From Candidatus Acidiferrales bacterium (GTDB taxonomy: Bacteria; Acidobacteriota; Terriglobia; Acidiferrales; UBA7541), in NCBI GenBank assembly GCA_035277685.1, contig DATEKA010000141.1:2280-66279 (forward strand): 64,000 nucleotides of DNA, read 5' to 3'. Of this stretch, positions 18,736 to 26,725 are shown piece by piece (position 1 is the stretch's first letter; the number at the start of each line of letters is the position of its first letter). Made by a program: the position numbers and the translations under genes. Under the pieces are notes generated by a model that saw nothing but the letters and a program-made list of their open reading frames with translations, searched no databases and was not told the DNA's origin.

Positions 18736-19163
18736 CCCGTTTTCCCCAGTTCGCGCACGCAGCGCTGAATTCCAGCCGGAAACGCGGTGGCGGCGCGAAT
18801 CGTTCCTGGATGCTCATACTTGCCGCTGCGGTGACCCTTGCGTGCGTGACGCCGCCAAGCTACGCGCAGGACCAGCGGAACAGGCCTGAACTTCGAACGG
18901 TACACGGGACAGTGATCGACCAAAACGAAAATCCCGTTTCGACGAGCATCGTTTATTTGAAGAACATGAAAACGCAGGGAGTGAAGACCTATATCACGAG
19001 CGAAGATGGAATCTACCGGTTCAGCGGGCTCGATCCAAACGTGGATTATCAAGTCCACGCGGAACACAACGATCTGACTTCGTCTTCGCACACGATTTCC
19101 AGCTACGATTCCCGCCGTGACATCGACATGCCGTTGAAGCTCTCTCACAAGAAAGAGCGTTAG
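18732..19163 (+). CDS. Small secreted carboxypeptidase-regulatory-like (CarboxypepD_reg) domain protein
   Basis: Signal peptide ...MLILAAAVTLACVTPPSYAQ. The mature part is HGTVIDQNENPVSTSIVYLKNMKTQGVKTYITSEDGIYRFSGLDPNVDYQVHAEHN, a typical CarboxypepD_reg fold signature. The GTG start overlaps the upstream TGA (GTGA), and the upstream poly-Glu codons (GAGGAGGAGGAGGAA) act as its SD. Confidence 0.65.
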   Translation: MTRFPQFAHAALNSSRKRGGGANRSWMLILAAAVTLACVTPPSYAQDQRNRPELRTVHGTVIDQNENPVSTSIVYLKNMKTQGVKTYITSEDGIYRFSGLDPNVDYQVHAEHNDLTSSSHTISSYDSRRDIDMPLKLSHKKER

Positions 19164-20065
19164 CCTCGGATCGGTTCCGGCGCGACGACGCGAATTGCCG
19201 CAGGCATGACGTCCACTTCAATCGGCGACTCGCCGAGGATTTCACCGTCGCCGTGAACTATCATGGGGCGGTCGGATTGAATGCAAACGCGCCTGCAGCG
19301 GAGCCGCTCGACCTCCTCAAAGCGAAGATCACCCGAGGTTAGAAGGACTGGAATCGCCTCCAAGAAGCGCGTCCATTTCACCGGCCGGACGATCACCAGA
19401 TCGAGCCAGCCGTCGTCGAGCTTGGCGGAAGGAGCGATGCGGATTCCCGCGCCATATTCGGGAGCGTTCGCGACGACCGCCAGGAGGGCTCGACCACGCC
19501 AGGCGGCGCCGTCGATCTCCGCATAGAGATTGAATACGGCGCCTTTGAAGTAGGCCTGCGCCGCGCCCGCGAGGTAGCGAGCAAGACCCGGCCAGCGGCG
19601 GAACCGCGTGTTGGCAAGATGCGCTGCTTCAGCGTCGAGCCCGAGCCCGACGGTACACACGCAGTGGGAGATTCGGCCGCCGGAGGAACGCAGACGGATC
19701 AGATCAATCGAGCGGGGGCGTGAACGGAGGAACGTGTCGGCGGCACGCAGAGGATCTCGGGGAATACCGAGCGCCCGGGCGACGTCGTTGCCGTTTCCCG
19801 CGGGAAGAAATCCGGCGACGGCGTTGGTTCCGGCAAGGCCTTCGATGAGGTAGTGGAATGTTCCGTCGCCGCCGAGAGCAAGGATATACGGATACGCAGC
19901 GGCGGCACGCGCAGCCTGCTCGCGGAAATCGCCGACGCTCCGCGATTCAACGAAGTCGACCATCCGGCCGCGATCCCGAAGATAGCTAACCGCCTCTGGG
20001 AATAGCCGCGCTGCTCGGCCGCCCCCAGCGGCTGGGTTGACGATGATAAACAGGTCGCGCTTCAT
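19160..20065 (-). CDS. Diacylglycerol kinase-family lipid kinase (YegS/BmrU-like)
   Basis: MKRDLFIIVNPAAGGG...ILALGGDGTFHY (GGDGT motif). ATG 20065 was chosen, and the longer track ORF to 20236 adds an Arg-rich non-homologous extension. Confidence 0.85.
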   Translation of the reverse strand: MKRDLFIIVNPAAGGGRAARLFPEAVSYLRDRGRMVDFVESRSVGDFREQAARAAAAYPYILALGGDGTFHYLIEGLAGTNAVAGFLPAGNGNDVARALGIPRDPLRAADTFLRSRPRSIDLIRLRSSGGRISHCVCTVGLGLDAEAAHLANTRFRRWPGLARYLAGAAQAYFKGAVFNLYAEIDGAAWRGRALLAVVANAPEYGAGIRIAPSAKLDDGWLDLVIVRPVKWTRFLEAIPVLLTSGDLRFEEVERLRCRRVCIQSDRPMIVHGDGEILGESPIEVDVMPAAIRVVAPEPIRG

Positions 20066-20265
20066 TCGCCGGCCTTCGATAGCGCAATTCGTTCCGCGAA
20101 TTCCTCGCGCCGGCGAGTTCTTCCGCCGCCGTGCGAATCGGATGAATGACCGGTGCCGGGCACTTTGTCGAGTTCCCGCTTGGCGGATGCGGCGTCGGCA
20201 CAGAAATCGCACGCCCGCCGGACTGTCGGCCCGCAATCGGGACAGCGGATTCTACAGCAAGGCAT
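20062..20265 (-). CDS. Hypothetical small Cys-rich (zinc-ribbon-like) protein, translationally coupled to the lipid kinase
   Basis: The sequence is MPCCRIRCPDCGPTVRRACDFCADAASAKRELDKV.... It has a CPDC...CDFC pair. Its TGA overlaps the kinase ATG (ATGA). The start is uncertain (ATG 20265 or TTG 20349) and the SD is weak. Confidence 0.4.
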   Translation of the reverse strand: MPCCRIRCPDCGPTVRRACDFCADAASAKRELDKVPGTGHSSDSHGGGRTRRREEFAERIALSKAGE

Positions 20266-20491
20266 CCCGGCGCGGCAGTTTTGACGAAAATCAGCCCTTC
20301 CGTCCGTGCGGTCAGGTCCAAGGCTGCTGGTTCGGGAATGGCGTGACAAGCGACTGGTGTCGCGCTTTCAGTGAACGCGTTTTCTTGACCGTTACGGCGG
20401 CTTTTGCTAGGCTGCGCCCAGTTCCGTTCCTCCTAGCTTCAGGATGCGTCCGCTATGGGCGAGCGGGCATGTCCCCTTCTGATGGAGAGCC

Positions 20492-22918
20492 ATGGAAACA
20501 TCTTCTGCTCTCTTTGAACTAGCAACTGTGTCGCTGGCCTGCCGCGACAGGGATACCTTTCTAAAAAACTTCAGCACACGCATAGGAGGGGAGCTTGGGG
20601 CGAAGGCCGTCCTGGTGTGGACGGTGAATCCGGCGGCGGAAGAAATCGAGTTCGTCTGCGGGATTTCGTGGGCGCACCCGGGCGAACATTTCACGCCGAG
20701 CGAGGAACGGGTTCGCGACGGACTCCTCTCGGAGGCGTGCGCTTCAACGGGAGCGCGGCGAATTACCCCCGGAGACTTCGCCAACGACGATTTTTCGCAC
20801 CTGGATGAGACGAGTCGCGGGCACGTGCGCAGCGGGCTGTATGCACAGATTCCGGGTGTCGGCGGTCCGGAAGGCGTCATCGAGGTACTGAACAAGCGGA
20901 GCGGCGAGTTCACAGCGGAGGACGGCCGTTTTCTCGAGGAAGCGGCGCGTATAGCCGGCCAGGTGCTTACGAACCTTGCCGGAATCGAAAGCGAGAGGCA
21001 ATCGAACTTCGCGGCGCTCGAGCGGCTTACGTCTCTCTACGACCTGGGGCGAACGTTCACCTCGACGCTCGAACTGGAAGAACTGCTCCCAATCGTTGCC
21101 GGGAAAATAAGAGACATTTTGGGAGCGGGCGCGTGCAACCTCTGGCTCGCGGACGCAGGGGAACTTCGTTTCGCGCAACAGGCCGGCGAAGATCCCAGCG
21201 TCGAAGAGGGGGCAACGGCTCCGCTGGAGGAAGACCTTTTCGGGGAGCTGATGCGGCAGGGCGTTCCTAAACTGATCGAGGACGCCACTGAGGAGGCACA
21301 ACTCGAGAAAAGACGGAGGGCAGCAGCGGATCTGGAGATTGCGACGTGGATGGCAGCCCCGCTGCGAAAGGATGACGAAATCCTTGGAGTGGTGGAGGTC
21401 ATCAACAAGGCCGATGGAGGACGGTTCAACGACGAGGACCTGTTCTTTCTTACGAGCATCAGCGAGCAGGCAGCGACGGCGCTGCACAACGCGAAGCTAC
21501 TCGAGTCCGAGCGGAAGCTGCATACGCTGGATGCGCTGCTGAAGATTTCGCAGGAAATTACGTCAACGCTGGATCTGGATCACGTGCTGACAACGGTGGT
21601 TCAACAAGCTGGATCGATTATCCCGTTCGATCGATGCGTCATCGGGTTCTTCGACCGCGGGCGATTCGTGCTGGGCGCCGTTTCGGGCGAAGAGGAAGTG
21701 CCCAAAACACGCGAGATGCAGGAGCTGCGGGAGCGGCTGGAGTGGGCGGCCGAAGAGCAAGAGAACGTCTGGGCGGACCGGTACGAAGACGGATGGCATG
21801 TGGGACAGGAGGCGACAAACGCGCAATTCGTTCCCTTCCTGGAAGCCCATGAGTACAACGGGCTCTATATTCTGCCGTTGCGAGACGAACAAGGCACGCT
21901 GGGAGCGATGTCGCTGCTGAGCGGGGACGCGGATTTCCTTACGGCGAGCAACAAAGAAACTCTCGCGATCCTGGCAAACCAGACGACAGTCGCGATACGG
22001 AACGCGCAACTATACCAGCAGGTTCCGCTGGCGAATCTGTTGCAACCCCTGGCCCAACGAAAGCAGCGATTGCTGGCGGCGGTGCCCCAGGGACGTTGGC
22101 GGACGTACGCAGAGCGAATCGCTGCCGTCGCTGCGATCTTGTTTGTGATTCCGTGGCCGTTGCGCGTCGGTACGGACGCGACTGTTGTGCCCGCGCAGAG
22201 GCGCGTTGTCAGCTCGATTCAGGGAGGAATCGTCAGGCAGGTGTTTGTACGCGAAGGCGAAAGTGTTCGCGAGGGGCAGGTACTGGCGCAACTGGACGCG
22301 AGCGATGATCGCGTGAAATTGGCGCGAGCGGAAGCCGCTCTGGCACAAACCGAGCGTGCGCTGTCGGACGCGGAGTTTCACAACGACCCGGCGGCAGCGA
22401 GCGATGCCAAGATCCAGAGCGACGTTCACCGAGCCGAGGTGGCGTTCGAGAACCAGCGCATCGAGGAAGCGCAGTTGCGCTCTCCAATAGCGGGCACTAT
22501 CGTGACCCCGAAAGTGGAAGAGAAGGCCGGAACGATGCTCCAGCCGGGCGGAAGTTTCTGCGAAGTAGTGGCACAGGATGAGATGGCGGCGGAAATGAGC
22601 GTCCCGGAAACGGACCTGCCGCTGCTGAAGCCGGGAAATCACGTGTCCTTGAAGCTGAACGCGTATCCGGAAACGACATTCGAGGGTGTGGTCGAGCGAA
22701 TTGGGGCTCAAACAAAATCGGATAGTGGAGAACAGTATTTTCTGGTTCGCGCCATTTTCAGAAATACCGGGGATCGCGCGCGCGATGGAATGGCTGGGAG
22801 AGCGCGCGTACGCGCAGGGGGCGGATGGTTTCGGAGTCAGTGGCACCCGATCGGCTATGTAATTCTACGCGCGCCGTTCCGGTGGATTTGGGAAAAAGCC
22901 TGGTCCTGGTTGCCTTAG
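20492..22918 (+). CDS. Triple-GAF / single-TM / HlyD-type membrane-fusion (periplasmic adaptor) fusion protein
   Basis: 808 aa. It has three GAF-like blocks (e.g. GVIEVLNKRSGEFTAEDGRFLEEAA, GVVEVINKADGGRFNDEDLFFLTSISEQAA, LGAMSLLSGDADFLTASNKETLAILANQ). A TM helix (IAAVAAILFVIPWPL) follows. Then comes a barrel-sandwich/lipoyl motif (VREGESVREGQVLAQLD), a short coiled coil and a beta-barrel typical of HlyD. Confidence 0.8.
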   Translation: METSSALFELATVSLACRDRDTFLKNFSTRIGGELGAKAVLVWTVNPAAEEIEFVCGISWAHPGEHFTPSEERVRDGLLSEACASTGARRITPGDFANDDFSHLDETSRGHVRSGLYAQIPGVGGPEGVIEVLNKRSGEFTAEDGRFLEEAARIAGQVLTNLAGIESERQSNFAALERLTSLYDLGRTFTSTLELEELLPIVAGKIRDILGAGACNLWLADAGELRFAQQAGEDPSVEEGATAPLEEDLFGELMRQGVPKLIEDATEEAQLEKRRRAAADLEIATWMAAPLRKDDEILGVVEVINKADGGRFNDEDLFFLTSISEQAATALHNAKLLESERKLHTLDALLKISQEITSTLDLDHVLTTVVQQAGSIIPFDRCVIGFFDRGRFVLGAVSGEEEVPKTREMQELRERLEWAAEEQENVWADRYEDGWHVGQEATNAQFVPFLEAHEYNGLYILPLRDEQGTLGAMSLLSGDADFLTASNKETLAILANQTTVAIRNAQLYQQVPLANLLQPLAQRKQRLLAAVPQGRWRTYAERIAAVAAILFVIPWPLRVGTDATVVPAQRRVVSSIQGGIVRQVFVREGESVREGQVLAQLDASDDRVKLARAEAALAQTERALSDAEFHNDPAAASDAKIQSDVHRAEVAFENQRIEEAQLRSPIAGTIVTPKVEEKAGTMLQPGGSFCEVVAQDEMAAEMSVPETDLPLLKPGNHVSLKLNAYPETTFEGVVERIGAQTKSDSGEQYFLVRAIFRNTGDRARDGMAGRARVRAGGGWFRSQWHPIGYVILRAPFRWIWEKAWSWLP

Positions 22919-22926
22919 GCGAAAAC

Positions 22927-23880
22927 ATGAAAACGAAAAGCTCAATGTGGCTAATGGCGAGTGGCGTCCTTGCGCTCGCGGCTTGGGGGTGCGGTGGTTC
23001 GCCGGGAACGGTAAATGCAAACACCGCATCTTCCGCTCCCGCGGTGGCCGCTTCCGGTGCTCCGCCTGCGACGGTGGCGTCCGCCGATGCGAGAGTTCCA
23101 GGCGCGGGCGATATTCTCAGCGTTCTATCGGTCGAGCATCAGGTGGATCTTGCCTCGGAACGCGACGGAGTGGTCCTCTCGATCGCGAAGGACGAAGGAA
23201 GCGCGGTGAAGGCGGGGGACGTTCTGGCGCAGCTCGACGACCGCGACCTGCAGATGCAACTCGTCAAGGCGCGAGATGACCTTCAGGTAGCGCAGAACAA
23301 TGTGCGATACAAAGAAGCCGAATTAAAAGCGAAGAATGCCGCTTACAAGCGGCAACAGGAATTGCGGCACTATGGCCTTTCAAGCGAAGCTGACCTGGAG
23401 CAAGCGCAGTTCGAGGCCAAAGGCGCGGAATACGATGTGCACGGCTGGGAGGCCCTTGTTGAGAGTAGCCAGGCGGAGATCCGGAGAATTCAACTTGGAA
23501 TCGACCAGATGCGTATACATGCGCCGTTCTCGGGGGTAGTGGTGAGTCGCTTCATCCGGGAAGGCGAAGCGCTGAAGAAAGGCGACCGATGCTTCCGCGT
23601 GAGTCAGCTAGGTCCGCTGCAGGTGCGCTTTCAGATTCCGGAGTCGTCTCCGGTGCGCCCGGAACGCGGAGCGGCTGTGAGGCTTTCGCTGGTGAGCGAC
23701 GCGAACCACTCACTCAAAGCGAAAATTGTCAAAATCAGCCCGACCGTTGATCCCGCCAGCGACAGCTACGACGTGGTGGCGCAGCTCGAGCGGGCGCAGC
23801 ATTCGAGCTTGCTCCCGGGGATGGCGGTTCGCGTCCATTGGCCGGGAACAGGGGTAACGAGCGAAAGGAACAGGCCGTAA
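22927..23880 (+). CDS. HlyD-family periplasmic adaptor lipoprotein
   Basis: ATG 22927 gives MKTKSSMWLMASGVLALAAWGCGG (lipobox). It shows DEGSAVKAGDVLAQLDDRDLQ, a coiled-coil hairpin, and IHAPFSGVVVSRFIREGEALKKGD. Confidence 0.85.
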   Translation: MKTKSSMWLMASGVLALAAWGCGGSPGTVNANTASSAPAVAASGAPPATVASADARVPGAGDILSVLSVEHQVDLASERDGVVLSIAKDEGSAVKAGDVLAQLDDRDLQMQLVKARDDLQVAQNNVRYKEAELKAKNAAYKRQQELRHYGLSSEADLEQAQFEAKGAEYDVHGWEALVESSQAEIRRIQLGIDQMRIHAPFSGVVVSRFIREGEALKKGDRCFRVSQLGPLQVRFQIPESSPVRPERGAAVRLSLVSDANHSLKAKIVKISPTVDPASDSYDVVAQLERAQHSSLLPGMAVRVHWPGTGVTSERNRP

Positions 23881-23890
23881 CGGGAATCGC

Positions 23891-26035
23891 ATGCGGTTTG
23901 GGGCGACAAGGCTTCAGATTTCGAGCGTGCTGGCGAAGGGCCTGCGGCGGCCGAAATTGCGTTCCGATCTGCGAATCAGCGAGCAGACGGTGGCAGGTGA
24001 GAAAAGCTATGTCATCAAGGTTGCGGAGACCAATTCATATAACCGATATGGGGAAACGGAATACGAGCTGCTCACATTGTGCGACGGGACGCGCACAGCG
24101 GCAGAAGTTGGCGAAGAGCTGAACCGGCGACATCCGGACGAGCCGCTACCCGAATCCGAGGTGCTCGATTTTCTGGACGGCATCGAGCCCGCCATGTGGG
24201 AGCGAAGCGTCGGCGAGAAGAACCTCGCCGTGCTGGAGCGTATCCGCGATGAACGAAAGGGGCGCCTCGATCAATCAAGCGCTCTCTATATAAGTTTCAA
24301 GGCCTGGGACCCCGACAAGTTTCTGTCCCGAATCGACCCCTACCTGAGCTGGATTTTCACTCCAGGATTTGTGGCCGCTTCCTGCCTGTTGTTCATTGTG
24401 TGCGGGTACCTGCTCGCGGGTGATTGGACCAGGGTGGCGAACGACACCAGGGCCCTCTACTCGTTCCAAAACAAGACCGCGTATGACATTTGGGTCTTCT
24501 GGCTGATTCTGCTTGTGGTCGGGGGAATTCATGAGTGCGGGCACGGATTGACTTGCAAGCACTTTGGCGGCGACGTCCACCAGATGGGCTTCATGCTGAT
24601 TTATTTCACGCCGGCATTTTTCACGGACACGACCGATATCGTCTTGTTCCAGGAGGGCAGCCGCCGGCAGTGGGTAATCTTCGCGGGAATCTGGATCGAA
24701 CTGACGGTGTGCGCGATTTCGACGCTGATCTGGCATTTCACGCTTGCGGGATCGCCGATCAATGACCTGGCATACAAAGCGATGCTCCTCAGCGGAATAC
24801 AGGGGGCGCTGCTCAACCTGAATCCTTTGATCAAGGCAGACGGCTATTATGCGCTGGCGCAATTTCTGGACATAGACAACCTGCGCGAGGACTCGTTCAC
24901 ATTTTTGCGCGCTCTCGCCCGGAAGTACGCGCTGCGTGAGGACATTGACTTGCCAAAGGCCAGCCGGCGGCTGCGCCGCATCTACGTAATTTTCGGGCTC
25001 GCCGCAATCACCTACAGCACAACGCTGATTCTGCTGGTGCTGGGATTTGTGAAGAACATATTCGTCGAGAAATTCGGGGACTGGGGATACGTCCTTACGC
25101 TGGCTGTCGCCTACTTCTTCGCGCGGAAGGGGTTGAAGAAGGCGTTCCCTGCCATTCGCGCCTGGTGGCGAGAGAAGAGGGAGGTGTACATGGCGTGGAA
25201 AATGACGCGCGCACAGCAGATTGGGGCTCTGGCGATCGGATTCCTATTGGTGGTACCGCCGTTTCCGTCGCGCGTGTCCTCGGACTTCATTCTTGAACCC
25301 GGAAGCGACGCGCACGTTCGAGCGGCAGTGCCCGGGCGCGTGGACCGGGTCTTCGTGCATGAAGGAGATCATGTGGCGGCGGGCCAACTGCTTGCGATCC
25401 TGGAGAATCCAGACATCACAAAGAGTGAGCGAGTGCTCAGCCAAGAACTTGCGCTGGCGAGCGGCCTGGTCCGAACCGGCCAGCAAAGCCCGGAAAAGAA
25501 GAGTCCCGCCGGGGCAATTCGGGAGCGTAAGCGCCTCCAAGAGGAGTTCGCGGTGGCCCAGCAAAGGGCAGGCGAATTGGAGATTCGCGCACCGCATGAG
25601 GGAGTTGTTACAACACCCAACGTTGACCGAAAGGCGGGTGAGTTCTTGAGTGCGGGGGGCGAGTTCTGCCGCATCGTTGACCGCAACACGATGAAGGCCC
25701 GCATCCTGGTGCGCGATTGGGAGTTGGACAGGATACATGCCGGGGCCGGGGTTCAAATGAAGGTCGCGGCGTTTCCTTTCCACACATACTCGGGCACGGT
25801 AGAGCAGATCCTACCGGCTGCGGCTAACGACGAACCCGTCTCTCACCCTCAGCGCCAGGAGCGGCTCGGGCAGGAACTGAGCAACTATTTTGGCGTCGTG
25901 GTGGATTTCATGAATCCGGACGGATCCCTTCGCGAGGGAATGACGGGAATCGCGAAAGTTTACTGCGGAAGGTCGCCGTTGGCGTGGAAAGCCGTCCGGG
26001 GCGCGTGGAGATGGATGCGATCTCAAGTTTGGTGA
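23891..26035 (+). CDS. PqqD-like (RRE-like) domain / M50 site-2-type zinc metalloprotease / HlyD-domain fusion protein
   Basis: 714 aa. The N-terminal 100 aa (PKLRSDLRISEQTVAGEKSYVIKVAETNSYNRYGETEYELLTLCDGTRTAAEVGEELNRRH...VLDFLDGIE) fits the PqqD pattern. The polytopic core carries HECGHGLTCKHFGG (HExxH). The C-terminus is an HlyD module (VHEGDHVAAGQLLAILENPD, IRAPHEGVVTTP). Confidence 0.8.
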   Translation: MRFGATRLQISSVLAKGLRRPKLRSDLRISEQTVAGEKSYVIKVAETNSYNRYGETEYELLTLCDGTRTAAEVGEELNRRHPDEPLPESEVLDFLDGIEPAMWERSVGEKNLAVLERIRDERKGRLDQSSALYISFKAWDPDKFLSRIDPYLSWIFTPGFVAASCLLFIVCGYLLAGDWTRVANDTRALYSFQNKTAYDIWVFWLILLVVGGIHECGHGLTCKHFGGDVHQMGFMLIYFTPAFFTDTTDIVLFQEGSRRQWVIFAGIWIELTVCAISTLIWHFTLAGSPINDLAYKAMLLSGIQGALLNLNPLIKADGYYALAQFLDIDNLREDSFTFLRALARKYALREDIDLPKASRRLRRIYVIFGLAAITYSTTLILLVLGFVKNIFVEKFGDWGYVLTLAVAYFFARKGLKKAFPAIRAWWREKREVYMAWKMTRAQQIGALAIGFLLVVPPFPSRVSSDFILEPGSDAHVRAAVPGRVDRVFVHEGDHVAAGQLLAILENPDITKSERVLSQELALASGLVRTGQQSPEKKSPAGAIRERKRLQEEFAVAQQRAGELEIRAPHEGVVTTPNVDRKAGEFLSAGGEFCRIVDRNTMKARILVRDWELDRIHAGAGVQMKVAAFPFHTYSGTVEQILPAAANDEPVSHPQRQERLGQELSNYFGVVVDFMNPDGSLREGMTGIAKVYCGRSPLAWKAVRGAWRWMRSQVW

Positions 26036-26054
26036 AGTAGCTCGACTGGGGATC

Positions 26055-26089
26055 AAAAAAAGAGGTCGCCGCGGTGGAACGGCGACCTC
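26055..26089 (-). terminator. Rho-independent terminator closing the minus-strand micro-ORF cluster
   Basis: There is a perfect 9-bp stem GAGGTCGCC/GGCGACCTC (26062-26070 / 26081-26089) with a 10-nt loop. On the minus strand it is followed by T7 (26061-26055). On the plus strand no T-run follows. Confidence 0.65.
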
Positions 26090-26186
26090 GGGGTGGGTGG
26101 TTCCTTTGTAAATATCCTCAGAAGACCGTAGAAGACCTTCCGAGGAAAATCAGGGTACGGTCTCCGCTCGGGCGCCGCTAAGCTGC

Positions 26187-26300
26187 TCAGGGCACGCGGC
26201 GAAGCATTTGAACCGTGAGCGGTTGCTTCTTTTCGAGCTTCTTTCCGGCTTTCAACTTCCTTGCCGGTTTGACGGGTTTTGATTTGGCTTTCATGCTCAT
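26187..26300 (-). CDS. Lys-rich micro-protein P1 (37 aa), paralogue of P2/P3
   Basis: My translation is MSMKAKSKPVKPARKLKAGKKLEKKQPLTVQMLRRVP*. It shares the GKKLEKKQ core with P2/P3. GAGAGA lies upstream, and the second ATG at 26294 is an alternative start. It is below the 60-aa cutoff, so it is absent from the track. Confidence 0.5.
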   Translation of the reverse strand: MSMKAKSKPVKPARKLKAGKKLEKKQPLTVQMLRRVP

Positions 26301-26468
26301 CTCTCTGCAAACGGCCCCAAGGCCCACGGCGAAAACCCGTGGACCTCGCCTCATCATCGCACAGCTCTGAGGGCAACAAAACCTCAGAGCTTACAGTTTC
26401 CGCCGCTATTAGGCCAAGCGGCAGAGGGTACAAGCCGCGAAGGGGTCCCTAGGGACCCTCCGGCAGCT

Positions 26469-26582
26469 TCAGTTGAACGGAGTCACTTTCGGGGCCCACT
26501 TGCTCTGCAGGGTCTGCTTCTTTTCGAGCTTCTTGCCCGAGGCCAGCTTCTTTCCCGACTTCACTGCTTTGCTCTTCGTCAT
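26469..26582 (-). CDS. Lys-rich micro-protein P2 (37 aa)
   Basis: My translation is MTKSKAVKSGKKLASGKKLEKKQTLQSKWAPKVTPFN*. The SD GAGGGAG lies 6 nt upstream. The listed ORF 26449..26631 is in a different frame. Confidence 0.55.
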   Translation of the reverse strand: MTKSKAVKSGKKLASGKKLEKKQTLQSKWAPKVTPFN

Positions 26583-26725
26583 TTTCGTCTCCCTCGCTTG
26601 GATTGTCGCGCCCTGGGGCGCGGTCAGTCATGACGTCGGTTATAAGTCCGATTCGGGCGGAACGTCGGGCCCGGACCAGGCCCGCTGCGGAATGTAGGGC
26701 AGCGAGCGCTCAAAAAAACAAAGGC

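Noticed and set aside
18321-19148. N-terminal ~275-aa extension of the folD ORF (track ORF 17373..19148), including a poly-Ser run
   Set aside because: FolD homology begins at ...GARILDGNAI, with a strong AAGGAG-TTG start at 18320. The extension is antisense to the LysW-like and CarboxypepD_reg genes, and its poly-Ser mirrors their poly-Glu codons.
26404-26418. Possible second sigma-54 element TGGCCT-AATAG-CGGC upstream of micro-ORF P1
   Set aside because: The GG-N10-GC spacing is right, but the -12 region (CGGC) and the -24 flank are poor. It is indistinguishable from chance in 60% GC DNA.
26053-26697. Track ORFs 26053..26433 (-), 26449..26631 (-) and 26473..26697 (+) in the micro-ORF region
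   Set aside because: Their frames differ from the conserved GKKLEKKQ frame. They have no SD, and their sequences are not conserved between the three repeats. The + ORF is the Phe/Leu-rich antisense of the Lys codons.
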